Origin: Candidatus Midichloria mitochondrii IricVA
Lineage (GTDB): Bacteria; Pseudomonadota; Alphaproteobacteria; Rickettsiales; Midichloriaceae
Length of the DNA: 32,000 nt
Assembly: GCF_000219355.1 (NCBI RefSeq)
Contig: NC_015722.1
Coordinates: forward strand, 270,001-302,000
Direction of reading: 5' to 3'
A program made the translations under genes and the position numbers. A model generated the notes under the pieces. The model saw only the letters and a program-made list of their open reading frames with translations. It made no database searches and was not told where the DNA came from. Below are positions 17,079-27,244 of this stretch, piece after piece; position 1 is the stretch's first letter, and each line of letters begins with the position of its first letter.

Positions 17079-20051
17079 TTAAGTAGTTCCAGCTAATTTT
17101 AATAAAATACGTATGACACCTTCTATATAGTCCTCTGAAATCTGCACGGAAACGCCTAAGTTGAGTATTGGGCTCCACTCCCTATTGGCCTCAAATTCCT
17201 CATTTTCTTGCATTTGGGCTATGGTATCTGCAAGCATTTTTTGATATAACTCTATTCCGACTTCTCTTATATGACCGGGCTGTTTATCCCCCCATAACAA
17301 GTTACCATAGCCTCTATTGTCCATATCGTGGCTTGCAATATTGAAGCCTGAACCAAGTGCTTGAAGAGATTGAATAGTCTTTAAACGTTTTTTTGCAACT
17401 GGTGATAATAGAGTTATTCTGGGGGCTAAGAAGTATGCATAAGCTTGAGCTTCGCCCCTTCCGACTCTTCTTCGCATTTGGTAAAGCTGAGAAAGGCCAA
17501 ACATATAAGCTCGATCAACTATCATAGTATTAGCGCTCATAATGTCTAGTCCAGACTCTATAATACTAGTGCTTAATAGGATATCAAATTTATGATCATA
17601 AAAGTCATTCATAATTTGATCTAGCTTGCTAGAAACAAGGGATCCATGAGCCTTCACTACTTTCAGTTCTGGAACTAGTTTCTTTAATTGTTCTTCAAGC
17701 TCATCCAAGTAATTAGTTCTTGGAGTCACATAAAAACTTAAACCATTTCTTTGTTTTTCTTTAAGTAACGCTTCCCTTATAGTAAGCCCATCATATGGTG
17801 ATACTGAAGTTTTAACAGGCTTTCTGTTAATGGGGGGAGTGGTAATGATACTAAGGGACTTAAGATTAACTAAAGCCATCTGTAGTGTCCTAGGTATTGG
17901 GGTTGCAGAAAGGGTTGAGACATGAATATTATCTTTTAAGTTTTTCAGCTTCTCTTTCTGTGCTACTCCAAAATGCTGTTCTTCATCAATAATCAATAAC
18001 CCTAAATTTTTAAAGTTAATTCCTTCTACGAGTAGCGTGTGTGTGCCAATTATGATATCAATTTTACCGTTCCTTAGCCCTTCTTTTACTTCGCTAACTT
18101 CATTGCGTGAGGTAAATTTTGAAAGTTGTTTAATTCTAAGGGGAAAATTTTTAAACCTTTCTGAGAAAGTTATATAATGCTGCCTTGCCAGTAATGTTGT
18201 TGGTACTATCACTGCAACTTGAACTGTTTCAAGTCCAAGAGTTGCAGCAGCGGCGGCCCTTAATGCAACTTCTGTTTTTCCAAAACCCACATCTGCGCGT
18301 AGAAGCCTATCCATAGGCTGCCCTGATTTGAAATCTTCCATTATCTCTTCAATAGCACTCTCTTGATCAGCGGTCGTAATATAAGGGAAATTATCACAAA
18401 ATCTTTGATGATTTTCGCTGATAGATTCCAGAATATGGCCCTGAGCGGTTAATCTTTTAGCTGCCGTGTTAATTAATGCTGAAGCTGCTAATTTTATTCT
18501 TTCTTTTAGCTTAGCTTTTCTCATCTGCCAGGCGACGCCGCCCAGTTTATCTAAAGCTACATTTTGCTTTTCTTCACCATAACGGGAAATTGTCTCTAAG
18601 TTCTCTACAGGTAAATAGGGTTTATTACTACCTGCATATAGGGTTTCTATAAAGTCATGCGGTATATTATTGACTGATAGTGTTTTTAATCCCTGAAATC
18701 TACCTATTCCATATTCAGCATGGACGAGGAGGTTGCCAATTTCTATAGAGATTAAATCTTGGAAAATTTTGGCTGTGGTAGGTTTCCTTTTCTTCTGCTC
18801 CTTGAAAGTCTTCCCAGTGATATCTTTTTCTGCAAAGAAGGTGATTTTTTCCATATCAAATCCATTTTCTATAGGCAGAATAACAGGCTTCATAACTGTT
18901 TTTTGATTTAAAATTTCTTCATAAGAAGTAACTCTAGCCGAGCTAACATTTTCATCATTCAGCATGCGTTCGATTCTGCTCAAGCTACCGTCAGGTTTGC
19001 AGCATATACAAATTGCTTTTTGATAATCAAGCCAGTATCTGCGTAACTTTTTTATTATTAACAGTCGCATTAAGCTGTATATTCGGGGCGAAATTTATTT
19101 TCTCCCCACCTCTTTAATATACTATTAAGCGCTGTTAGAATCTCTTCTTCCTTTGAATACAGCAAAAGATGGGGCTATGGCATTATAGGATTTATCGTTT
19201 TCTCGTACAGTATAATTTTGATTAATTAAAAGGTAATAATGATTTAGATTTATTTCCAGTTGGTCGTTTTCGATAATTAGAGCACCTTTTGGGACGTAAT
19301 CTAGTATATTCTTCAAGTCTTTATAAAATAGAGGTAATCCATGTTCTGCACCAATATATTTTGAGCCTCTTGCTAGCTCATGACATAATGGATCGTCATT
19401 AATGCCAAAAAGTTGCAAATACTTTTGCTTAAGGTGGCTTATTGTTTCGTCTATCATAATCACCTCGCTGATTGGGTAGAGTACTGCTGCTACTGTTTTT
19501 TGTAAGGTAAGCTGGCTGATAGTATCAGAGGTTTTTATGCTATCAATTTTTGAACCAAAAAAATCTATCCTGCCAGTTTTGTCATAGTTTATAACATCAA
19601 TTATACCGCCCCTAACTGCGAAATCACCTGCAGATTCTGCTAAACTAGTGCGGTTATAACCAAAAGTGAGCAAAGATTTTATTATCTTCTCTCTATCATA
19701 AGATTCTCCTACTACTAGGCTAAGTACACCGGCGCTGAAATAATCTGGTAGCGGCAACTTTTGAACTAGAGCTTCAACAGTTGTAACCAAAACTTTATTT
19801 TCTTTACTTTCATTACTAAGAGCGAGCAAAGCACTGATACGTCGGCCTGTCACTGTTAAAGAGGTGGAAGTACTACCGTATAGCTCAACATCCCAGGGTG
19901 GAAATTTTATAATCTCCGCATTACCGCAAAAAAAATTCAATTGAGGCAACATAGAGAGATATTCCTTGATATTTTTAGCAATAAAAATAACAAAAGAGCT
20001 GGTATTTAAAGCTTGCTTAATGCTAAACCCAGCTCTCTCATTGATTAGCAT
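17079..20051 (-). pseudogene. mfd: transcription-repair coupling factor Mfd, interrupted by three in-frame stops and lacking the C-terminal domain
   Basis: Track ORF 19125..20051 (308 aa) resembles the UvrB-homology N-terminal modules. ORF 17079..19070 (663 aa) carries the RNAP-interaction CarD-like motif (GNLLVHAEYGIGRFQGL) and helicase motifs (ADVGFGKTEVALRAA, DEEQHFGV, LSATPIPRTL, RRRVGRG). The two ORFs are in the same frame, separated by 18 codons. Those codons contain TAA 19125-19127, TAG 19122-19124 and TAA 19095-19097. The protein ends at ...SEDYIEGVIRILLKLAGTT, about where domain 7 should begin, and birA starts 7 nt later. Confidence 0.7.
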
Positions 20052-20056
20052 GATAC

Positions 20057-21505
20057 TTATTTTTGAGCATGAAGTTTACTGTTAAATTGTCCGTAAAATA
20101 TATAAAACAGGACAATAACACCAACCCAGATAAGTGCATAAAAATAAGTGATATTAGGAAGGCTCGACATAATTTGAAGTAGGATCAGCATCCCAGCAAT
20201 TGGTATAACAGGCATAAATGGACATTTAAAATTACGCTTTAAATTTGGCTGGCTATATCTTAAAAATAGAGCTGCAAAACAGACTGTGGCGAAAGTACCA
20301 ATAATTCCAAAATTTGCTAATGGCACTAGCGTATCTAATGACACTGTAGAACCTGCAATAGCAATTAGAAAACCACAAACAAGAGTCAATATATGCGGTG
20401 TTTTATATTCTGGATGTAATTTTGAAAGAAAGGCAGGTAATAATCCATCTTTTGATATCACGAATAATACTCTAATTAGGCTGTAAAGCATTACTAAAAC
20501 AACAGATGTAAGCCCAGCCGTTGCTCCAACCTTAACTAATAAGGAAAACCAAGGTAAACCCATTTTGTCAACTGCGATTGCAATTGGTTGTGCAACTCCA
20601 AGCTCAGTATATTTTACTAGACCAGTTAACACTCCAGCTACCAAAACATAAGTCAAGGTAGCAATAATTAGAGAGCCCAAAATCCCGATTGGCAAATCGC
20701 GTTGGGGGTTCTTGGTTTCTTGAGCTGCAGTTGCAACCGCATCGAAGCCATTATATGCAAAGAACACCATGGCAGATCCAGCTATAATACCAGAAATACC
20801 ATATTGGCCAAATTCTCCTGTATTTTTAGGTATGAATGGCTCCCAATTGGTAGTATCAATGTACATAGCGCCCACCATAATAAATCCAAATAAAACTGAC
20901 ATTTTCAAGAAGACGATTACTGCATTTACGAAGGCAGATGTTTGAATACCTTTATATAGGACGTAAGTTATTAACATCACAATAAAGAAGGCAGGTAAAT
21001 TAAATATGGCCTCTACTTGCGAGCTACCATCAAGGCCCACTACACAGCCTGTGGTAGCGGAAAATTGGGCTGGTATGTAAATGCCAAAATCTGCTAACAA
21101 ACTTTGAATGTAGCCCGACCAACCGCTAGCGACTGAAGCAATACTTAAAAAACTACCCAATGTCATAAAGCCTGCCATTATACAAGCTGCTAACTCTCCA
21201 AGGGTTGCATAAATGTAAGTGTACGCGCTCCCAGATACAGGAATCATAGAGGATAGTTCTGCATAACAAAGTGCGGCACACACGCACGCTAAGCCACTAA
21301 TTGCAAAGGAGACAGTGATTGCAGGACCAGCATAGTGGCTTGCGGCCTCTCCGGCCAGAACAAAAATTCCAGCACCAACAATAGCTCCAATTCCGAATAG
21401 AATTAACTGAAAGGCAGCAAGAGAACGAACTAAATCTTTCGACTCTTCAGCTTCGCCTACAAGTTCATTAATTGGCTTGCGTTTAAAATACTTTGATACA
21501 TTCAT
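20057..21505 (-). CDS. APC-superfamily amino acid permease (cationic amino acid transporter-like)
   Basis: About 12-14 TM segments. The N-terminal pattern is RSLAAFQLILFGIGAIVGAGIFVLAGEAAS.YAGPAITVSFAISGLACVCAALCYAELSSMIPVSGSAYTY, typical of APC/CAT permeases. The track start at 21550 is a GTG. ATG at 21505 (MNVSKYFKRK...) is more likely. Confidence 0.85.
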   Translation of the reverse strand: MNVSKYFKRKPINELVGEAEESKDLVRSLAAFQLILFGIGAIVGAGIFVLAGEAASHYAGPAITVSFAISGLACVCAALCYAELSSMIPVSGSAYTYIYATLGELAACIMAGFMTLGSFLSIASVASGWSGYIQSLLADFGIYIPAQFSATTGCVVGLDGSSQVEAIFNLPAFFIVMLITYVLYKGIQTSAFVNAVIVFLKMSVLFGFIMVGAMYIDTTNWEPFIPKNTGEFGQYGISGIIAGSAMVFFAYNGFDAVATAAQETKNPQRDLPIGILGSLIIATLTYVLVAGVLTGLVKYTELGVAQPIAIAVDKMGLPWFSLLVKVGATAGLTSVVLVMLYSLIRVLFVISKDGLLPAFLSKLHPEYKTPHILTLVCGFLIAIAGSTVSLDTLVPLANFGIIGTFATVCFAALFLRYSQPNLKRNFKCPFMPVIPIAGMLILLQIMSSLPNITYFYALIWVGVIVLFYIFYGQFNSKLHAQK

Positions 21506-21625
21506 TACATATCCTATTAATTGATGGTATAAAGGAATGCTATAGATCACCCATCTAAATTTATCAATAATAAAAATGTCAAATTAAGATTTTTAATTGG
21601 GTCTGATAGAAAAATACTAGTTATA

Positions 21626-22570
21626 ATGAACAAAAATATGAATAAATTGAACAAGTTACTTTATAACATCACAGAAATAACCTCAAAGTCAGCTATTGCT
21701 TGTCATTCTTGTATAGGTCTTGGTGATGAGAGAGGCGCTGATCAAGCAGCCGTTGAGTCCATGAGAGCTTCTTTAAATAATCTGGAGATCAGTGGAAGAG
21801 TTGTAATAGGTGAAGGAGAAAGGGATGATGCGCCGATGCTTTACATAGGAGAGTTACTTGGAAAATCCGGAGTAGATATTGATATAGCGGTTGATCCGCT
21901 TGAAGGTACTACCATATGTGCACATAATAAACCTGATTCTATCTCCGTGCTTGCTATATCTGAGGCATCAAATATGCTGAATGCCCCGGACGTTTATATG
22001 GAAAAAATTGCGATAGGAAAGAATTTACCGCAAGATTTAGTTGATTTAGACGAGCCAATTGAAAAGAACTTAAAATCCTTAGCTACTGCTAAGAAATGTT
22101 TAGTACAAGACTTAAACGTATGCTTACTAAATAGACCAAGGCATGTTGAGCTTATAAAAGTTTTAAGAGCACAAGGTGTAAGAATAAAATTAATAGATGA
22201 TGGCGATGTTTTGGCTTGTCTAAAAACCTGTTTAGAGGGAGGTGATATCGATATGTATCTTGGGATTGGCGGAGCGCCTGAAGGAGTTTTAGCCGCAGCA
22301 GGTTTAAAGTGTTTAGGAGGACAAATGCAAGGACGTCTTATTTTCAATACTCAAGAAGAAATTGCTAGAGCTAATTCGATTGGAATAATAGATTTGTCAA
22401 AGAAATATAACATCCATGAAATGGTAAAAGGAGAGGCTATGCTGTCTGCAACATGGGTGACTGATGGGTTTTTTAAGGGAGTTAAGAAGATGGAGAATAA
22501 TTGCTATACCACTGAAACGCTTCTTTTAGCTCCTAATATAATTAGGATTATAAAAACAGCATATATATAG
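21626..22570 (+). CDS. glpX: class II fructose-1,6-bisphosphatase
   Basis: Motifs are GLGDERGADQAAVESMR, VVIGEGERDDAPMLYIGE, IDIAVDPLEGTT and GIGGAPEGVLAAAGLKCLGGQMQGRL. All are characteristic of GlpX. Confidence 0.9.
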   Translation: MNKNMNKLNKLLYNITEITSKSAIACHSCIGLGDERGADQAAVESMRASLNNLEISGRVVIGEGERDDAPMLYIGELLGKSGVDIDIAVDPLEGTTICAHNKPDSISVLAISEASNMLNAPDVYMEKIAIGKNLPQDLVDLDEPIEKNLKSLATAKKCLVQDLNVCLLNRPRHVELIKVLRAQGVRIKLIDDGDVLACLKTCLEGGDIDMYLGIGGAPEGVLAAAGLKCLGGQMQGRLIFNTQEEIARANSIGIIDLSKKYNIHEMVKGEAMLSATWVTDGFFKGVKKMENNCYTTETLLLAPNIIRIIKTAYI

Positions 22571-22574
22571 TAGT

Positions 22575-23306
22575 ATGATTGTAGAAGATCAGGGCATTAT
22601 AATTTCTGCAAGGGATTTTGAAGAGCGTTATATTGTGGTGCAATGCTTTTTAAAAAACAATGGTTTAATGGGTGGCCTGGTCAGAGTTTCTAAATCTAGT
22701 AAAACGGACTGTTCACCAGGAAATATTGTTCATGCTACTTGGAATGCGCGCCTTAGAGAGCACCTTGGGCATTATAAATTTGATCTAATAAGAAACACAT
22801 TAGCTGCTACGGCTTTTGACCGGACTGCAGTAACTTTCATTAGAGCTGCTATAGCCGTATCATTACTTGTTTTACATGAAAAAGAAAAACAAGTAGAATT
22901 GTTTAATGAATTAGAGGCATTTTTATTAGCCACCTCGCAACCATGCACAAAATTTTTCTACAGTAAATACCTCTCTCTTGAGCTTTGCATATTAAAAGCA
23001 GGAGGGTTTGGCCTGGAGCTGAATAAGTGTGTAGGCAGCGGAAAAACAGTAGAATTAATATATATTTCACCAAAATCAGGTGCAGTAGTTGGCAGGGAAG
23101 CAGGAGAGCCTTACCACGATAAAATGCTAAAACTGCCTCAATCCATGCTTACTTTTCAAAACGGTATATCAGAGCATGAGCTATATGACTGTTTGCAAAT
23201 TACTAGATATTTTATAGAAAAGAATATTTTAAGCGCAACAGGGAAAAAAATGCCTTTTGAAAGGGAATTAATGTTAGAAATTTTGCAGTCAAATTGTGAA
23301 AATTAA
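22575..23306 (+). CDS. recO: DNA repair protein RecO
   Basis: The 243-aa ORF has an N-terminal OB-fold pattern VEDQGIIISARDFEERYIVVQCFLKNNGLMGGLVR. This matches D.G.VL..R.YGE...I...LT...G...G.VR. It also has a C-terminal Cys-containing region (LELNKCVGSGK). Confidence 0.8.
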   Translation: MIVEDQGIIISARDFEERYIVVQCFLKNNGLMGGLVRVSKSSKTDCSPGNIVHATWNARLREHLGHYKFDLIRNTLAATAFDRTAVTFIRAAIAVSLLVLHEKEKQVELFNELEAFLLATSQPCTKFFYSKYLSLELCILKAGGFGLELNKCVGSGKTVELIYISPKSGAVVGREAGEPYHDKMLKLPQSMLTFQNGISEHELYDCLQITRYFIEKNILSATGKKMPFERELMLEILQSNCEN

Positions 23307-23366
23307 TATACAATATGGGGTCTAATTAATGAGAGTTGTTATGTCAGCTATGGGGAAAGGACCATT

Positions 23367-24323
23367 ATGATTAAGCAAAATCAAGCAGTGCGGCTTGTAA
23401 TCGCTGCTATTGTAGTTTTAAAGTCGGTCTCCCAACTGAAGCGTAGTATATTAAATATTAGTGGAGTTGCTGAATCTAAAAGGAAAATAAAGTTAGTTGT
23501 TAAAGCTGCTGGAAAGGTTGGGTCAATCAATGCCGAAGTTGGACAATCTTTAAAAAAGGGAGAAGCAGTCATCGCTATAGAAGCCAAGAGTAAAAAAGAG
23601 CTTTATAAAAAAGCTAAAATAAGGCTCAATCAAAGCGAAATAGAATTTAAATCTACTTCGACCCTTTACAAAAAAAAGCTTGCTTCTGAAACTGATCTAG
23701 CAAAATTAAAAGCAAATTTAAGTAGTGCTGAAGCTGACTTAAAACAAGCAGAAATAGACTATTTAAGCACCCAAGTCGTTGCTCCTTTTGATGGGTATAT
23801 TGATGAAATTTTGGTTAATGAAGGTGATTACGTTTCAGACATGTTAGATAACTCACCAATTGGAACATTTGTGGCGCTTGAACTAATGATTACTAAAGCA
23901 CAAGAGGTTGCCGATGCTAAAATTAGATCCTTAAAACCAGGTCTAAGAGCGACAATGAAAACACTAAATGGATTAGAAGTAGAGGGAAAAGTTAATGCGA
24001 TAAGTGAGGTTATTAATAATACAACTAGCAGCTTTCCTATAGAAATAATATTTGCAAACGAGGCTGGCAAAGTGCTTCACGGTCAGGCTCTTTCAGTAAA
24101 GATATTTTTGGGAGGAAAACAAGCCCATCGTCTTCCTCAATCAGTTTTAGTTTTAAATGCACAAAGCGGGCTCGAGATAAAATCTTTGGATGCAGGAAAT
24201 GTCGTACATTTTAACAAAGCAACCATTGTTGATGAAAAGCCGGGTTATGTTGCAGGTCATCACATTGGGGCACATGTACTTAAATATAGGAGAAAAGCTG
24301 CAATTTCTAGAACAAAAAGATGA
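23367..24323 (+). CDS. efflux transporter periplasmic adaptor (HlyD/RND membrane-fusion protein family), orphan
   Basis: It has an N-terminal TM (AVRLVIAAIVVL) and a lipoyl-like hairpin (VKAAGKVGSINAEVGQSLKKGEAVIAIEA ... VVAPFDGYIDEILVNEGDYV). A coiled-coil insert (LAKLKANLSSAEADLKQAEIDY) and a beta-barrel segment follow. The C-terminal approximately 25 aa (GYVAGHHIGAHVLKYRRKAAISRTKR) do not look like the family. No pump gene follows. Confidence 0.7.
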   Translation: MIKQNQAVRLVIAAIVVLKSVSQLKRSILNISGVAESKRKIKLVVKAAGKVGSINAEVGQSLKKGEAVIAIEAKSKKELYKKAKIRLNQSEIEFKSTSTLYKKKLASETDLAKLKANLSSAEADLKQAEIDYLSTQVVAPFDGYIDEILVNEGDYVSDMLDNSPIGTFVALELMITKAQEVADAKIRSLKPGLRATMKTLNGLEVEGKVNAISEVINNTTSSFPIEIIFANEAGKVLHGQALSVKIFLGGKQAHRLPQSVLVLNAQSGLEIKSLDAGNVVHFNKATIVDEKPGYVAGHHIGAHVLKYRRKAAISRTKR

Positions 24324-26341
24324 ACATAACTAACTTTGAATTTGGAATTGAGACCTTTTTAAAGGTATCTAATTTTCTTAATAATTTAGAGCCAGGAACA
24401 ATCATAGTGGATTGGAAAATTGCTAAGAATTTAAAGGTGGAACAAAAACATATAATTGCGACATCAAACCCTAAAAGAGTATTTAGTCGGTCTACTACTA
24501 ACATTTATCTTGTGTTGCCTAATTTTGGTATAGATTGGGATTTGATTCAAGCTGTTGTCATGGAGCCTCAGAATAAAATTATTACTATTGGTTATGGAGA
24601 AGAATTAGAATTTACCAGTGTATTCAGGATTCAATATTCAGACACCCACTCTAATAGGCTGCTAGAGCTTTTATTTAGCTCGAATAAAAATTTTTTGGAT
24701 ATACAAAGCAATCAGGCTTTATTGAAAGAAAAATTTAAAATTTTAAATACTAGATCAAGGGTAGATGAAGGTGAACAGATATTAGACCTCATTGTGCAAA
24801 ATCCAAAGAAAAAAGTTGCTATAATGGCCAATCAGGAAATGGCTTCAATTCTAGATACGGCTTTGAGCACAAGAAAAATTAAATTTTATAATGGAGTAAA
24901 CAAAAAATTTACTAATAAAGAAAAAAATTTTCTTAAGATTGCTCGCTATTTATCGAAGAAGGAAAGCAATGAGATCGCAGATATAAGAGTAGAAGGGATT
25001 AATACAGCTGAGATTAAAGCTCTACACCAGGAATTTCGAAAAGCCAAATATGTGCAAGAGCTGCTGGAGATTCATTTAAGGGCTTATGAACAAATTACCC
25101 AAGGAATTTTTCCTTTAAAAGATCTGGAGTTGGCAAATTTTGAGGTGTCATACACTGGCTATTTTGAATTATTTTTAAATTTTTTAGGCAGCAAAGATAA
25201 GTATGATGATAGCGATATTATGATTGTTAATATTGATGAGCTTATTAATAATTTTGATTTCTGTATTTTTACTCATATAACCTTAGAAGAATATTATCAA
25301 CTTGAGAAACAAAGCTTAGAGTCTCTTTGTAAGCAAGAAATGAAAGCAGTGCTTGCTTACAAGACCGCAGCAAATATTTTTTGTAATAAGGAAGTTTATA
25401 TAAGCTATAATACTAATATGAATAATATTGTATGTTGGTTTGAGTTAATACATGGATTGTTAGGTTGCACTAACTCTGCTTCGAATGAATATAGCGAGGA
25501 AATTCGATATAGTAGTCCTGTAATTACGGTAAACAAAGAAGATTTGCCTAAGGAGATTTCCGTTACCGCGGTTGAAAAATTAATCAAAGATCCATACCTA
25601 TACTATACTAATCATATACTGAAATTAAATGTACCTAAGTTAAGTGAGGAGGAAGATTTAGAAAAGCTTTTTGGAGTGGTTCTTCATGAAATTTTAGCGA
25701 GTATGGCTTATGAATTTAAAGCCGAGGCACTGCAATATATAAGTCGGTTTATGTCGGTCGCTAGAGATATCCTGATTAAACATCACCTGACTTCACCAAT
25801 GGTTCATCACCTATGGGTAGCGAAATTTGAAAAAATAGCTCACTGGTTTTGGCAATATGAAAGTTCGGTAGGTCTTGCTAGAGACAAAATATTAACGGAA
25901 GTTGAGAGTTGGATGATAATTAATTTAGGGCAGGGCACGGAGATAAAATTGTCAGCTCGGATTGATCGAGTTGACCTAATGAAAGATGGTAGTGTTCATA
26001 TTATAGATTATAAAAGTGGCAATTTACCAAGCAGTAAAGATATTGCTACAGGTTTAAGCCCGCAAATGCCTTTAGAAGCTTTGATTGTTAAAAAAGGCTA
26101 TATCAATGGAAGCAGGATAGAGGTACGGGAGGGTAAACTACGGTTGTATTATTTACATCTGACCGGTCGGCATAATATTGGCTCGGTAAAAGAAATAGAC
26201 TATGATTTAGAAACTGCTGAGGAAGGGTTAGCTAAGCTATTGCGTAAGTTTTGGATTGAAAGCCCACGTTTTTTCTTTAATAACGCTGATAGTTATATAA
26301 ACGACTATTATCGGCAGTTTGTACGCTTTGTTGAGTATTAG
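24320..26341 (+). CDS. addB: alphaproteobacterial-type double-strand break repair protein AddB (PD-(D/E)XK nuclease), short N-terminus
   Basis: The C-terminal nuclease region LSARIDRVDLMKDGSVHIIDYKSGNLPSSKDIATGLSPQMPLEALIVKKGY ... NDYYRQFVRFVEY matches the alpha-type AddB pattern (RaDRID....G...I.DYKTG..PS......G..PQL.LEA ... Y.DY.HLAR..EW). At 673 aa it is shorter than the roughly 1000 aa I expect for free-living alphaproteobacteria. No addA follows. Confidence 0.7.
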   Translation: MNITNFEFGIETFLKVSNFLNNLEPGTIIVDWKIAKNLKVEQKHIIATSNPKRVFSRSTTNIYLVLPNFGIDWDLIQAVVMEPQNKIITIGYGEELEFTSVFRIQYSDTHSNRLLELLFSSNKNFLDIQSNQALLKEKFKILNTRSRVDEGEQILDLIVQNPKKKVAIMANQEMASILDTALSTRKIKFYNGVNKKFTNKEKNFLKIARYLSKKESNEIADIRVEGINTAEIKALHQEFRKAKYVQELLEIHLRAYEQITQGIFPLKDLELANFEVSYTGYFELFLNFLGSKDKYDDSDIMIVNIDELINNFDFCIFTHITLEEYYQLEKQSLESLCKQEMKAVLAYKTAANIFCNKEVYISYNTNMNNIVCWFELIHGLLGCTNSASNEYSEEIRYSSPVITVNKEDLPKEISVTAVEKLIKDPYLYYTNHILKLNVPKLSEEEDLEKLFGVVLHEILASMAYEFKAEALQYISRFMSVARDILIKHHLTSPMVHHLWVAKFEKIAHWFWQYESSVGLARDKILTEVESWMIINLGQGTEIKLSARIDRVDLMKDGSVHIIDYKSGNLPSSKDIATGLSPQMPLEALIVKKGYINGSRIEVREGKLRLYYLHLTGRHNIGSVKEIDYDLETAEEGLAKLLRKFWIESPRFFFNNADSYINDYYRQFVRFVEY

Positions 26342-26400
26342 CGACAACCCATAGAGGTATAGAAAATTTTGGAACAACTTTTTATAGTATTATGTGTAAG

Positions 26401-27170
26401 GGCTATAATTGAGCTAACCCCCGCAGGTTGCTGAATTGAAATAAGACTTGCAGTCAGGGGGGCAGCAGCGCTTAAAGTTTCAAGCCTGGAAAATACGCGT
26501 AAGCTACGCTAGCAGCTACCCCAGTGTTGGCAATTATTGTGCTTTCATAAATGTGCAGGGCTTGCTGTTACTATAGCCACCCGAGACCCGCCCATAACTC
26601 CGCCTTGTAATGCCCCACACGCGATACTAAGTGGATTAGCAGTAAGTAGGTGCAAAATGGTGTTGCCATTATGCTTCCAAATACCATATCGGCGGCTATG
26701 TTTGGCGGAGCGATGCCGTGGTGTGCTGGATTTGGCAAATCTCTTTCAATTGCCCGATGGCTGTTTCAATCAATCCACGCCCTGCAAGAAGCAGTTGTTT
26801 TAAAGCCGCAAGCTGGTTTTGTTTTTCATGTTTTTCTTAAGCCGTGTGATGAGCTCAATACCTTGATTGCTCAGTGTTTTTGCTTATATACTCCCGATCT
26901 CCGAATAAGAAGGCCTGTCAAATATTGAGTCAGTCTCTCGACAACGGCTCGATCGTCCGTATTACCCGAAGTCAGTGTGAATGCCTTTGCAGCAATTCAG
27001 CAGAATGACCAACGGGATGACCACATCTTGCATCAGCTCAACAAAGCGATTGTAGCTGACAAGCTTTGGCAATTCCTCTCTGAGGGAGGTTTGAACACAG
27101 TTTAGGTAAAAAATCTTTGAAGGTCCGGTAAAAATGCCTCAAATGAAACAAAACGAGGATCGTTATAAAT
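26401..27170 (-). mobile_element. IS982-family insertion sequence remnant (copy B): right end retained, 5' end missing, 154-bp internal deletion, transposase frameshifted
   Basis: The reverse complement contains ITILVLFHL, FKDF.PKL, IAKACQLQ, VELMQDVVIPLVILLNCCKG, FTLTSGNTDDRAVVERLTQYLTGLL, GIELITRLKKNMKNKTSLRL.NNCFLQGVD and GLIETAIGQLKEICQIQHT. Bases 26817-27168 match copy A in inverted orientation. The equivalent of copy A bases 14509-14662 is missing, with the junction near 26983/26984. The element ends with GGCTATAA at 26401. Confidence 0.65.
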
Positions 27171-27244
27171 TTATCGTGAAATTGAGAAAAACCTAATGGT
27201 TACACAGCTTCTTTGAGAAACCATATCAGATAATTTCTTTAAGC

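Noticed and set aside
21506-21550. GTG start at 21550 for the amino acid permease
   Set aside because: The extra 15 aa (MIYSIPLYHQLIGYV) have no counterpart in APC permeases as far as I recall. ATG at 21505 gives the usual short basic cytoplasmic N-terminus.
26537-26928. Track ORFs 26537..26803 and 26650..26928 (+)
   Set aside because: They are antisense to IS remnant copy B, whose recognisable transposase motifs (IETAIGQLK, LTSGNTDDR) read on the minus strand.
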